This document shows, piece after piece, positions 1 to 8,400 of a stretch of DNA of 64,000 nt. Position numbers and translations under genes: made by a program. Numbering within the stretch: position 1 is the stretch's first letter; every line of letters starts with the position of its first letter. The notes below the pieces were generated by a model that worked only from the letters and a program-made list of their open reading frames with translations, was not told where the DNA came from and made no database searches. This stretch comes from a virus, in IMG/VR virus record IMGVR_UViG_3300044825_002891, positions 1 through 64,000 of that record, one strand, 5' to 3'.

Positions 1-81
1 ATCGGGGACCGCGAGACCGCGTATCAGATCGTCAAGCGATTGAATCAATGGGAGGAGCAGGAACGTGAGCGCACAGACTAA
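1..81 (+). CDS. 3' end of hypothetical protein (partial)
   Basis: Frame 1 open from the window start (IGDRETAYQIVKRLNQWEEQERERTD) to TAA 79-81. Confidence 0.4.
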   Translation: MGDRETAYQIVKRLNQWEEQERERTD

Positions 82-283
82 GAGCTTGGATAGCGTCTAC
101 CCGGAGACGTGCCCTCATTGCAATGCCAGCATGCAGGGATCCGGTATTCCCGAGGAGATGCAGCACCTCTACGGGGGCGCGACGCACTTCTCCCGGGTCA
201 TCGGCATCTACAGCATGGATGAGGACCGCACGATCGCCTGGCGGTGTCCCGATTGCGGCCAGGAATGGCCCAGGGACAACTGA
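65..283 (+). CDS. small Zn-ribbon protein
   Basis: CPHC...CPDC pairs; GTG start. Confidence 0.65.
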   Translation: MSAQTKSLDSVYPETCPHCNASMQGSGIPEEMQHLYGGATHFSRVIGIYSMDEDRTIAWRCPDCGQEWPRDN

Positions 284-288
284 GACCT

Positions 289-360
289 GCCGACCTAGCT
301 CAATGGTAGAGCACCGCTCTTGTAAAGCGGGGGTTTTCGGTTCAAATCCGAAGGTCGGCT
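289..360 (+). tRNA. tRNA-Thr (UGU)
   Basis: Acceptor GCCGACC/GGTCGGC; anticodon arm CCGCT-CT TGT AA-AGCGG; T-loop TTCAAAT; no encoded CCA. Confidence 0.95.
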
Positions 361-364
361 CTGG

Positions 365-436
365 GGCCCGCTCGTCTAGCGGCCAGGACACGGGATTTTC
401 ACTCCCGGAAGCGGGGTTCGATTCCCCGGCGGGCTA
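365..436 (+). tRNA. tRNA-Glu (UUC)
   Basis: Acceptor GGCCCGC/GCGGGCT; CGGGA-TT TTC AC-TCCCG; T-loop TTCGATT. Confidence 0.95.
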
Positions 437-439
437 TGG

Positions 440-511
440 GGAGATATGGCGTAATGGCAGCGCAGCGGGCTTTTAACCCGTCAGGTCTAGGTTCGAGTCC
501 TAGTGTCTCCA
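440..511 (+). tRNA. tRNA-Lys (UUU)
   Basis: Acceptor GGAGATA/TGTCTCC; GCGGG-CT TTT AA-CCCGT; T-loop TTCGAGT. Confidence 0.93.
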
Positions 512-582
512 TGGGGGATCGTCTAATGGCAGGACGCCAGGTTTTGGTCCTGGATATCGGGGTTCGAGTCCCTGTCCCCCAG
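512..582 (+). tRNA. tRNA-Gln (UUG)
   Basis: Acceptor TGGGGGA/TCCCCCA (U1-A72); CCAGG-TT TTG GT-CCTGG; T-loop TTCGAGT. Confidence 0.95.
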
Positions 583-702
583 CTTGTGCGGATATTCCGA
601 CAACGGGGCGCGTAAGAGCGAATGTCGGGATATCGACACACTGTCAACGAAAGGTTGGAAATGACGGAAAACGCACTATTGGGCGACCAGGACACTATGC
701 TG

Positions 703-708
703 TACACT
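703..708 (+). promoter_or_regulatory. -10 box of a leaderless promoter
   Basis: TACACT exactly 6 nt before ATG 715; no SD. Confidence 0.6.
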
Positions 709-714
709 CACGGC

Positions 715-1188
715 ATGGTCACTACTCTGGTCGTGACGATGGGAATCCCGGCCTCGGGCAAGAGCACGTACGTCCAGCGCTGGTCCGAGCAGCTGACCGA
801 CAACGGCCTGAACCCGCCCATCATCTGCCCAGACAGCATTCGCGAGGAGCTCACGGGCGATGCTTCCGACCAGACCCGCAACCACGAGGTCTTCGAGCTG
901 GCCCACGTGCGTCTGGCCCTCGCTTTGACCGACAAGCAGCCCGTCGTGTTCTTCGACGCGACCAACATCAAGCCGTTCGCCAGGGACAACCTGCTGACGA
1001 TGGCCCAGGATGCCGGTGCCTACACGATCCTCGCCGTGCTGTCGGCCAACATCGATGCTGCCAAGGCCAGAAACAACGCCCGCGATCGCGTGGTGCCGGA
1101 ATCGGCCATGGACCGGATGCACAAGGAGTTCATGGACCAGCTTGGCGCCATCGAGAACGAAGGCTGGAACCGCATCGTCTACGTGTAG
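715..1188 (+). CDS. P-loop kinase (AAA_33 / polynucleotide kinase-like)
   Basis: Walker A GIPASGKST, CPDSIR, FDATN, RNNARDRVVP lid; start re-assigned to ATG 715. Confidence 0.85.
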   Translation: MVTTLVVTMGIPASGKSTYVQRWSEQLTDNGLNPPIICPDSIREELTGDASDQTRNHEVFELAHVRLALALTDKQPVVFFDATNIKPFARDNLLTMAQDAGAYTILAVLSANIDAAKARNNARDRVVPESAMDRMHKEFMDQLGAIENEGWNRIVYV

Positions 1189-1193
1189 GCGTT

Positions 1194-1218
1194 CGTTGAC
1201 ATTCGGGAAATGTCAGCG
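1194..1218 (+). terminator. stem-loop after the kinase gene
   Basis: CGTTGACATT/AATGTCAGCG inverted repeat. Confidence 0.5.
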
Positions 1219-1365
1219 CTCGTTGCCGTTTTCCCGCATGTCCTATGGTGCTGAGCCGCGCAAAATACGGTGCTGGCCCGATACCTGTGCAAATCGGCTT
1301 CTCTAGTCTCCTTGGTGAAGCGCTGGCCCGGCGCACTATCCAATCAACTGGGCAGGGAGAAGACC

Positions 1366-1722
1366 ATGACTATTGCAGAGGCCGTTGCCGAGATCGACAT
1401 CGACGAGGCGAAGATCAAGGACCCCGTTGTGTCGGCTCTCCTGGATCGGATCAAGATCCTGGAGCACACGATCGAAACCTCGCACGAGATGAGCTTCGAG
1501 GAGATGTTCGCGCAGGATCTGAGGCTGACCGAGGTCGGCAAGGAGAACGGCAGAAGCCGGGAGAAGATCGCACTCGGGCACTCGAAGACCTACGACATGC
1601 TGATGGATCGCGTGGGTGATCAGATCAACATGGAGCTGCACCAGAACGGGCTCACGAAGGCCATGTTCACGGCCATCATTAGGGCCTACTACAGCAAGGA
1701 GGGTCGTGCAGCCCGCAAGTAG
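1366..1722 (+). CDS. hypothetical protein
   Basis: GGGAG SD before ATG 1366; high-GC3 coding frame. Confidence 0.7.
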   Translation: MTIAEAVAEIDIDEAKIKDPVVSALLDRIKILEHTIETSHEMSFEEMFAQDLRLTEVGKENGRSREKIALGHSKTYDMLMDRVGDQINMELHQNGLTKAMFTAIIRAYYSKEGRAARK

Positions 1723-1734
1723 TGTGGAGGAGGC

Positions 1735-1766
1735 TGCTGGCGGGCGCCCTTTAGCGCTCGTCAGCA
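1735..1766. terminator. bidirectional hairpin between convergent genes
   Basis: TGCTGGCGGGCGC/GCGCTCGTCAGCA. Confidence 0.55.
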
Positions 1767-1918
1767 ACCCCACCACAGCAGGGATCGATGTTCACCCCGC
1801 AGAGGATGCACTGGTAGTGCCCGTGGACATAAATCCGCGGAGACTTGCTTTTGCAGACAGGGCACCGCTCCAGGTCTTCAGAGGGCTCTGCGAGAGATTT
1901 GACCGCCTGGCTCTTCAC
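1751..1918 (-). CDS. small Cys-rich Zn-finger protein (55 aa, not in ORF track)
   Basis: MKSQAV...RCPVCK...VHGHYQCILCGVNIDPCCGG; extended -10 TGaTATGCT 6 nt upstream of GTG. Confidence 0.7.
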   Translation of the reverse strand: MKSQAVKSLAEPSEDLERCPVCKSKSPRIYVHGHYQCILCGVNIDPCCGGVADER

Positions 1919-1951
1919 ACACGAAGCATATCAGGATATGGCAATATCACT

Positions 1952-2290
1952 CTAGACATCGCTCTCGCCAAGAGTGAGCTTGGCAAGAAGCGATGGATCC
2001 TGCACTTCACCGGCAGCGATGCGCTTGAGGGCCCGGCTGTAGATCTGGTTGATCGCCTCCTGGTCCTTGGCGTTCTCCTCGATGTACATGATGGCCCCGG
2101 CGATGAGGTCGTTCCACGCCACCATCAGGATCTCGCGGACCACGCAGTCATCGCAGCCGCAGAAAGGGGCACAGGCGGGGGACTCGGCGTCCTCGATACC
2201 CTCTTCCTCTGCGTACATCGCCTCGACGCACTTGAACAGGTGCTCTTTGGCCTTGTGGTGAACCTGCTTGAGGAGGTCATCGAGGTCCAT
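1952..2290 (-). CDS. hypothetical protein
   Basis: ORF with APFCGCDDC motif; start moved to ATG 2290 to minimise overlap. Confidence 0.65.
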   Translation of the reverse strand: MDLDDLLKQVHHKAKEHLFKCVEAMYAEEEGIEDAESPACAPFCGCDDCVVREILMVAWNDLIAGAIMYIEENAKDQEAINQIYSRALKRIAAGEVQDPSLLAKLTLGESDV

Positions 2291-2645
2291 TGCGGATCTC
2301 GATCTCGTCCCATGAAACAGGCTGCCATCCGTGATTGGCGAAGTGTTCTCGGACTCGTTCACTTACTTTCCCCTCGTTTCCTGCGCAGTAGAAGTCAAGG
2401 TAGTTCTCGTGTAGATCTAGGAGCTCTGTTCTGATCTCGGCGCAGATAGCCCCAGACGTGCGCCACGTGCAGGAGAAGAAGGGCAGCCTGCCCTCTTTCT
2501 CCACATCCTCGTTGCGAGCCCACGTCATGTTGCACAGGGCCGCGTACAGCTCGTTCATGAACGACAGGTCTTTAGCCTGCTCTTTGGAGATCGAAGAGAA
2601 GATGATCTTCTCAAACTGGGCATCGTGCTCGTCGTAGACGCTCAT
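2277..2645 (-). CDS. phage hypothetical protein
   Basis: LYAALCN...SCTWR.SG...YLDFYC; part of the coupled leftward operon. Confidence 0.7.
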   Translation of the reverse strand: MSVYDEHDAQFEKIIFSSISKEQAKDLSFMNELYAALCNMTWARNEDVEKEGRLPFFSCTWRTSGAICAEIRTELLDLHENYLDFYCAGNEGKVSERVREHFANHGWQPVSWDEIEIRNGPR

Positions 2646-2851
2646 CAGAACTCCCAGCGAAGCTGGCCACGGCGATCAGCCATGATCGATGTGTTCTGGC
2701 CCCTCAGAGCGACATGGCCCATGACCCAGGACTGACCGCACGTGCAGCGCGTCCGCTCCATCGCGGTCGCCTCAATCTCTTCGTTGCAGTTCTTGCAGAA
2801 CACCGAAGAGCGCACAACGAACCCCGTGTCAGTTCTAGTCGTCTTCCTCAT
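2645..2851 (-). CDS. small Zn-binding protein (CxxC...CxCG)
   Basis: FCKNC...RCTCG; paralog of 3593-3835. Confidence 0.6.
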   Translation of the reverse strand: MRKTTRTDTGFVVRSSVFCKNCNEEIEATAMERTRCTCGQSWVMGHVALRGQNTSIMADRRGQLRWEF

Positions 2852-3128
2852 CCCCGACCTCCTTGTGCAGAAGGCCGATCATCGCGCGGCCCTGTAGCAC
2901 GATCTCCGTTTCACTGGAAACAGGCGCCTGAGCGATGTACTCAAGTGCCCTCCTGTACCGTGTCCGCTCAGCCAGGACGTTCTCGATGTCTTCCACGCCA
3001 GCCAGCTCAGAAACGGCGTCAAGAATCGCCTCGGCGTACCCCTCAGGGGTGGGACCTGTCTCGCCATATTGACGAGCAGCGTCATCTGCGCGAGTGATCG
3101 CGTCGATGATTGCCTGTCTGATCTTCAC
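2835..3128 (-). CDS. hypothetical protein
   Basis: Coupled ORF in the leftward operon. Confidence 0.6.
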   Translation of the reverse strand: MKIRQAIIDAITRADDAARQYGETGPTPEGYAEAILDAVSELAGVEDIENVLAERTRYRRALEYIAQAPVSSETEIVLQGRAMIGLLHKEVGDEEDD

Positions 3129-3316
3129 AGCGTTGTGCTCCTGAACTTCTGGTGGGGGAAAGAGTAGCCTAAAGAGTCGGCAGCGCGCTGCTTGACATCG
3201 CCAGGCGGAAGGGCCCGATAGACCTCAAGCAGCGCACTACGGTAGTGGTCACGCTGTTCGTAAACCTCGTCGAGAATGATCTCAAGACGATCGGCACGCT
3301 CAGCGTCCGCGCTCAT
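3125..3316 (-). CDS. hypothetical protein
   Basis: 4-nt stop/start overlaps on both sides. Confidence 0.6.
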   Translation of the reverse strand: MSADAERADRLEIILDEVYEQRDHYRSALLEVYRALPPGDVKQRAADSLGYSFPHQKFRSTTL

Positions 3317-3600
3317 TGCCCAGATCCGCCCGTAATGATGTCTGCACCACGCTCGCGAGCCGCGTGCATCTTCGCGCGACGCTCGGCCTCCATCTCGGCC
3401 GCGAACAGCGGCTTGCCGATCGGGCGCGGATGGTTGGGAATGATCTTCGGGTAGTAGCGCGGATCGATGTGCGGGACCACGATGAATCCGTCGTGGCCCG
3501 ACATGCGGATCATCTTCTCGAACTTGCGCAGGTTGAGCATTGCCAGCTCCCCCGTGTTGCGCTTGCGACCACTGTGCTTGCGTCTCTTCTTCTCAGACAT
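3313..3600 (-). CDS. basic hypothetical protein
   Basis: GGAGG SD; coupled ORF. Confidence 0.65.
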   Translation of the reverse strand: MSEKKRRKHSGRKRNTGELAMLNLRKFEKMIRMSGHDGFIVVPHIDPRYYPKIIPNHPRPIGKPLFAAEMEAERRAKMHAARERGADIITGGSGQ

Positions 3601-3835
3601 CGTTCCTCCTGCTTGTTCTGCTGGTCTCTGCCCAGAGATCCGTCTCGAAGTCCCGCACTAGCCGCTTCAGCCCGCCAGAGATAGTCAGGTTCCCACAGGT
3701 GCACCTCACCTTCTCCTTGGTGACGGAGTACAGGTGGTCAGTGCAGATCAGGCAGCGTGCAGAGTTTTCGAAGATGAACTCCTTGGGCGGTGTGTATCGA
3801 TTACGATACCAGATTTTTTGAAGCAGTTTACGCAT
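3593..3835 (-). CDS. small Zn-binding protein (CxxC...CxCG)
   Basis: ARCLIC...RCTCGNLTISGG. Confidence 0.6.
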   Translation of the reverse strand: MRKLLQKIWYRNRYTPPKEFIFENSARCLICTDHLYSVTKEKVRCTCGNLTISGGLKRLVRDFETDLWAETSRTSRRNDV

Positions 3836-4079
3836 CTTTTTTGGGCAGGTCGATGAGTTCAGAGTTCTGAAGCGCCTCCATACAGGCGCGTGCTGCATTG
3901 CGATCAGTGGTGTTCTGCGCGACCCAAAGGATGGTCTGGGAGAACAGGGCCCAGTCATTGACAAACTTCTCCCTGTTCTCCTCAGAGGCGTCGAAGTTCT
4001 TTGGGTCTGTCAGGTTTGTCGGACCACCGACAATGGCCCCGGTGCGCGGCGCAGTGGATAGTTTCTGCTTGAGATTCAC
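3828..4079 (-). CDS. hypothetical protein
   Basis: Coupled ORF with SD. Confidence 0.55.
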   Translation of the reverse strand: MNLKQKLSTAPRTGAIVGGPTNLTDPKNFDASEENREKFVNDWALFSQTILWVAQNTTDRNAARACMEALQNSELIDLPKKDA

Positions 4080-4381
4080 TACCGCTCCTCGTGGTAGCCG
4101 AGAATGTACATGGCTCTATTGAAGTTTGTTGCCGCTAGTGGGCCTAGCTTGAACAGCAGGTCCAGCTTCCCCGTGTCAAGTGCGTCAACGACAATCTTGG
4201 CCATTGTCATGCGATGTGCCTCGCGAAGCTCGGAAAGGCGCTTCGCGTAATCCTCGTTGGCCTCCCCCTCAAATCGATCCTCAATGCGGACGATGTCGTC
4301 CGGCTGGGGCCATCCAGCTCGATAGCATGAGTTGAGCGACGCCTGGATGACAGACGGCTTGTGGGAGAAGTCTTCACTCAA
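4079..4381 (-). CDS. hypothetical protein
   Basis: Coupled ORF. Confidence 0.6.
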   Translation of the reverse strand: MSEDFSHKPSVIQASLNSCYRAGWPQPDDIVRIEDRFEGEANEDYAKRLSELREAHRMTMAKIVVDALDTGKLDLLFKLGPLAATNFNRAMYILGYHEER

Positions 4382-4638
4382 GGGTTGGGGTCAGGAACGA
4401 TCTGCGGGATGATGATCTCCGGGCGGCCGATGTCAAGGGACCGCTCGCCCTTGAGCATGGAGCCAAGGTTTCTGGCGGCAGCATCGTCCAGCGGAATGCT
4501 CACCCGCATGATCGGGGGGCCGTTCTCGCCCAGAGCCGGGTTGATGTCCTCGAAGACCAGGATCTTCATCGGACTTCCGTCGTTCATAGAGCCGTCGAGC
4601 ACCCTGTACTTGACGCTTTCCAGCGAGATGGAGAACAT
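4378..4638 (-). CDS. hypothetical protein
   Basis: AAGGGAG SD before ATG 4638; first gene of the leftward operon. Confidence 0.6.
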   Translation of the reverse strand: MFSISLESVKYRVLDGSMNDGSPMKILVFEDINPALGENGPPIMRVSIPLDDAAARNLGSMLKGERSLDIGRPEIIIPQIVPDPNP

Positions 4639-4785
4639 GCCACTCCCTTGTCGTGTTTCACGCAAAGCATGACAGCAACGTCGGCTCACTTCAACTTGAC
4701 ACCACAAGACACGGTTCGATACGGTCCAAACCGACTCAAACAGTAAACGCGCTAGAAAACGCGCAAAGACCAGAGAGGAGTGACA

Positions 4786-4866
4786 GTGGGCGACTACATC
4801 GGGTACGTAGCAATCGCAGCGGTCATCTTCGGGTACATCCTGTACGGATCCAGAGGCCCGCGATGA
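4786..4866 (+). CDS. 26-aa single-TM peptide (not in ORF track)
   Basis: GAGGAG SD; MGDYIGYVAIAAVIFGYILYGSRGPR; ATGA overlap with the next gene. Confidence 0.55.
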   Translation: MGDYIGYVAIAAVIFGYILYGSRGPR

Positions 4867-5039
4867 GTGACGAGCAGCTGGAGCTGGAGATCAGCGATCA
4901 GGATGCAGAGTTCATGCTCCAAGAGGGGCTGATCGAGAAGAATGAAAAGGGTGAGCTCTGGCTTACCAAGAAGGGCGAGGAGTTCATCCGGCGCTACATG
5001 GATGAGGCCATTGCTCGGGACTCCGGTGATGCGGAGTGA
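4863..5039 (+). CDS. small winged-helix-like protein
   Basis: EGLIEK...LWLTKKGEEF. Confidence 0.6.
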   Translation: MSDEQLELEISDQDAEFMLQEGLIEKNEKGELWLTKKGEEFIRRYMDEAIARDSGDAE

Positions 5040-5206
5040 AGGACAGGCTCTGGACGGTTCAGGACTGTGCCGAGTTTCTGGGCGTCAAGCCCGACTGGGT
5101 ATACCGGGCCATCAAACAGCATGACCTTCCCCACATCAAGATTGGCCGGATCTACCGGTTCGACCAGGAGGACATTGAGCAATGGCTAGAGAAACGCAGA
5201 AGGTAA
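5036..5206 (+). CDS. excisionase-family HTH DNA-binding protein (56 aa, not in ORF track)
   Basis: LWTVQDCAEFLGVKPDWVYRAIKQHDLPHIKIGRIYRFDQEDIEQWL. Confidence 0.85.
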   Translation: MKDRLWTVQDCAEFLGVKPDWVYRAIKQHDLPHIKIGRIYRFDQEDIEQWLEKRRR

Positions 5207-5250
5207 CGTCGTATGACGTTAGTGATACTACGTCGGCGTGTCCGAAGGGT

Positions 5251-5724
5251 TTGGTACCCTTTTCTTACGTAACGAAGAGAAGTACCCGGGAAATCATCCT
5301 GGCGGTTCTTCTGATCGGGTCGTTTCTGTGGGTTCAGAGCGCTGATGCGCACAAGCCCCCTGTTCCTCATCCCCACAAGTACGGGGATCTTGTCGAGCGC
5401 ATGTATGCCTGCAATGTGAAGGGCAAGAGCTGGACGGAGAAGGAGATCAGGTGCGTGATCTGGCTTCGCTTTGGGGCGGCTGGTCAGTACGACAATGCGA
5501 TCCGCATCGCGCGTTGTGAGACTGGCGATACATGGAACCCGCGTATTGTGAGCCACACAGACGATCACGGCATTTTCCAGATCAACCGACGCTGGAACGG
5601 TGAGGGCTGGCGTCTTGGGGCCGATATCTACGATCCGGTCTGGAACACGCGCATCGCCTACTGGTTCTGGCAGACTCGTGGCTGGGGCGATTGGGTGTGC
5701 GCGCGGCTCGTTGGAGTCAGCTAG
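5251..5724 (+). CDS. secreted lysozyme-like / lytic transglycosylase
   Basis: Signal peptide (KRSTREIILAVLL...SADA), IARCETG catalytic Glu, GIFQIN, DPVWN, GWGDW; start uncertain (5182-5251). Confidence 0.8.
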   Translation: MVPFSYVTKRSTREIILAVLLIGSFLWVQSADAHKPPVPHPHKYGDLVERMYACNVKGKSWTEKEIRCVIWLRFGAAGQYDNAIRIARCETGDTWNPRIVSHTDDHGIFQINRRWNGEGWRLGADIYDPVWNTRIAYWFWQTRGWGDWVCARLVGVS

Positions 5725-5775
5725 ACTGCCTTCTGGCGCGGGCTGCTGGTTCGCTCCCGGCCTGTGCTACTGTTC

Positions 5776-5984
5776 GGTCGTCAACGACCACGCCACCAGC
5801 TCTGGAGATCAGGGTCCGTTCTCAGCGGATGTGACCTGTCGCAACTGGTGCGGTGAAACCTCGTGTGGACTTAGGGCGCGATCGGCCCTCCGCGCGTAGA
5901 GATAATCCTGGGCCTTGGATACCTGAGGCGGGCCCGGGGGCCGCTGACCAAAGCACACCGAAGGTATCGGCGCCGGTCTTCTTT
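5776..5984 (+). ncRNA. candidate structured non-coding RNA
   Basis: Intergenic; extended -10 TGcTACTGT (5765-5773); nested stems; ends in a hairpin plus TTCTTT. Confidence 0.4.
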
Positions 5985-6024
5985 GCTACCTTTGTGTTCC
6001 CAATCGGAGGGCTACACTCGATCC

Positions 6025-6396
6025 ATGGCAAAGAAGCGCAAGAAGGACAAGGAGACGATCCCGTTCATCATCTTCACGTCCGACTCTGCGCAGGAGGAAA
6101 CCACGACCGAGAAAGAGCTGCTTGCTCGGATTGAGGCTTTCGTCACTGCCGAGCCCGGCTGGAGAGCTGTGTTCGCGCCGTGTGCTACCTGCGGAACCGA
6201 CGCTTCTGATCTGCCTGTCGTTTTCTGGGCGTACGTTCGTTGGGAAAGCGGCGTTTCTGATGTGCTGGGCCTGGTTCACGGATACGACGGATTGTTTTTC
6301 TACGCGCAAACGGATCACACCTTCATCGGGTATGTTGGTCCGGGTCAGCAGCCAGAGGAACTGATCGCCAGGCTGTTTGATTCCACCGAGGAGTAG
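6025..6396 (+). CDS. hypothetical protein (leaderless)
   Basis: TACACT 6013-6018, 6 nt before ATG 6025. Confidence 0.7.
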   Translation: MAKKRKKDKETIPFIIFTSDSAQEETTTEKELLARIEAFVTAEPGWRAVFAPCATCGTDASDLPVVFWAYVRWESGVSDVLGLVHGYDGLFFYAQTDHTFIGYVGPGQQPEELIARLFDSTEE

Positions 6397-6398
6397 TC

Positions 6399-6602
6399 AT
6401 GGCGAGTTGCGGTTGTTCTAACGGGACGTGCAAGTGCGTGGAGCTTGAGAAAGAGCTCCAGGAAGCGAAAGAGCTTATCGGCACGTATCAGATTGCTCTA
6501 GAGCTCCTTGCAGAGTTCCGTGGCAAGAAGCAGGGGCTGCATTACGGCTCCGACGGGCTGGAGAAGATGCGCTCCGTCGCCCGCCAGGCTCTGCGTGCCT
6601 AA
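6399..6602 (+). CDS. hypothetical protein with Cys-rich N-terminus
   Basis: SCGCSNGTCKC followed by a coiled coil. Confidence 0.6.
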   Translation: MASCGCSNGTCKCVELEKELQEAKELIGTYQIALELLAEFRGKKQGLHYGSDGLEKMRSVARQALRA

Positions 6603-6711
6603 GACGACGTGTCCGCGCTGTAATAGCGCGCTTGCCAGGATTGACTACAAAACTGGTATCCTTACTTGTCCGAAGTGCAAGCTGCGTGTTGACAATCGGG
6701 AGCCAAAGTGA
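6595..6711 (+). CDS. small Zn-ribbon protein
   Basis: CPRC...CPKC; overlaps both neighbours. Confidence 0.55.
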   Translation: MPKTTCPRCNSALARIDYKTGILTCPKCKLRVDNREPK

Positions 6712-7232
6712 CGGTCGAAAGATTTGCTTATCAGCATCAAGTTGGTGATCGCTTCGAGGGCAAGATTCTTGAGGTTGGCATCAACAATGATCCTGGCGGC
6801 AACAAGTCCCGCTTTGGCGATCGCCTCACGACCGCCGATCGCTTCAAGGTAGACGGGGCTCTGCTCTACAAGATCGAAGCGGATTTCTACTTCGATGCTG
6901 GTAATGACAAGTGGCCGTTCAAGAAGAACGAGTTTGAGCTCGTCATGATGACCGAGGTAACCGAGCACCTTCTGCCCGACGAAGCCACCCGCGCCTACAA
7001 AGAGGCGCACAGGGTTGCCAGGAACTTTCTGATCACGGTTCCCCAAGATCCCCGGTTTATAGAGCACCCCGAGCAGAACGACCTCCCCGGCAGTCATCAC
7101 GTGACCTACTGCACCGAGGAGTACATGCGCGATCTTCTGGACCGCACAGGTTGGCAGATCGTAGAGTGGCACGAGAAATACTACGGCGACTGGGCCGAGA
7201 CCGGATTTTTCATTCTGGCCACCCGTGCCTAG
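6708..7232 (+). CDS. class I SAM-dependent methyltransferase
   Basis: ILEVG motif I, FDA...WPF..NEFE, EVTEHL, LITVP. Confidence 0.8.
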   Translation: MTVERFAYQHQVGDRFEGKILEVGINNDPGGNKSRFGDRLTTADRFKVDGALLYKIEADFYFDAGNDKWPFKKNEFELVMMTEVTEHLLPDEATRAYKEAHRVARNFLITVPQDPRFIEHPEQNDLPGSHHVTYCTEEYMRDLLDRTGWQIVEWHEKYYGDWAETGFFILATRA

Positions 7233-7278
7233 TCCGATACCTGTGTCACACTTTTCCGGTCGTACCAAAGGGGGCGCT

Positions 7279-8400
7279 TTGAAGATCGGTGTTTATCTAG
7301 AAGGTGATACGTGGGGCGAGATTGGCCCTGAGACGATCGCCAAGGGTCTTGGTGGCCGCGAGACCGCAGCCGTTCGGCTGTCGGAGAACTGGGCCAAGGC
7401 CGGGCATGAGGTTCACGTTTTCGTGCCCCGTACGTCCTCTGAGACTGTAGAGGAGGCCAGCGGCGGCAGTGCGACGTACATGACAACCGACATGGCGCTC
7501 CCCATGCTCTCGTCCTTCGAGTACGACGCCGTGCTGTCCTGGGAGTCGCCAGAGATCTTCACGCTAGAGCAGGTCTACGAGAACACCAAGGCCGCTTTGT
7601 GCGGAATGCAAGTGGCTCACTTCAATACAGATGACCCTGAGGCGATTGCCGCCCCTGACTGCTGGGTTGCGCTGTCCGAGTGGCATGCCAAGTTCATGGA
7701 CAGCCAGGCCCCTGGTCAGATGCGCAACGTGTCGGTCATGCCGAACTGCGTGAACATCGACCTCTTCGAAGAGCGCGATCCCGATGAGCTTCTGAATGCC
7801 CCGATTCAGTTCCTCTACGCCTCCTCGCCTGATCGCGGGCTCGTGCATCTGCTGCGCTCGTGGGACATCATCCGCAAGGAGTTCCCTGAGTCTTACCTGC
7901 ACATCGCCTACGGCATTGAGCGCTTTGTGTACATGAACCGGTTTGCCCACGGCGAGGTCGGTGAGATGGCCATCGACATCGAGAAGTTGATCGATCAAGA
8001 CGGCATCATCTACCACGGCAGGATTGGCCAGCAGGATCTTGCAAAGCTCCATAGAAAGTGCGACGCGCTGCTGTACCCCTGCGACCCAATGTCTCCCACT
8101 GAGACGGGCTGCATCACCGTCATCGAAGCCTGCGCTGCTGGCAACATCCCGATCATCACCGACGCCGACTGTCTCAAGAGCGAGTTTTCCAACGTTTCGG
8201 TGATGGTTCCGCTACCCTGGGATCCCGAGCTCTATGTCCGAACTGCTAGAAAAGCTCTTAACGATCGCGCTGGTGTTGCTGATCTTCGTCGGCGCGGACG
8301 TGCTTTCGCTGAGACACGCAACTGGGAGCTCGTGGCCATGGACTGGCTGGAGCTTTTCCAGGAGGTCGCGCAGGCCCGGGGCAAGGTCCTAGTTGCATGA
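7279..8400 (+). CDS. GT-B family 4 glycosyltransferase
   Basis: GG.E..., GHEVHVF, YASSPDRGL, ETGCITVIEA (E-x7-E-like); start 7225 or 7279. Confidence 0.9.
   Translation: MKIGVYLEGDTWGEIGPETIAKGLGGRETAAVRLSENWAKAGHEVHVFVPRTSSETVEEASGGSATYMTTDMALPMLSSFEYDAVLSWESPEIFTLEQVYENTKAALCGMQVAHFNTDDPEAIAAPDCWVALSEWHAKFMDSQAPGQMRNVSVMPNCVNIDLFEERDPDELLNAPIQFLYASSPDRGLVHLLRSWDIIRKEFPESYLHIAYGIERFVYMNRFAHGEVGEMAIDIEKLIDQDGIIYHGRIGQQDLAKLHRKCDALLYPCDPMSPTETGCITVIEACAAGNIPIITDADCLKSEFSNVSVMVPLPWDPELYVRTARKALNDRAGVADLRRRGRAFAETRNWELVAMDWLELFQEVAQARGKVLVA

Noticed and set aside
5780-5970. Riboswitch or ribozyme resemblance (CTCTGGAGA and ACACCGAAGG as in glycine; minus-strand GCTGAGA..CCTGATC as in TPP; CTGGAGA..GCAA as in hammerhead)
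   Set aside because: Motifs are incomplete, wrongly spaced or altered at invariant core positions, with no suitable regulated gene downstream
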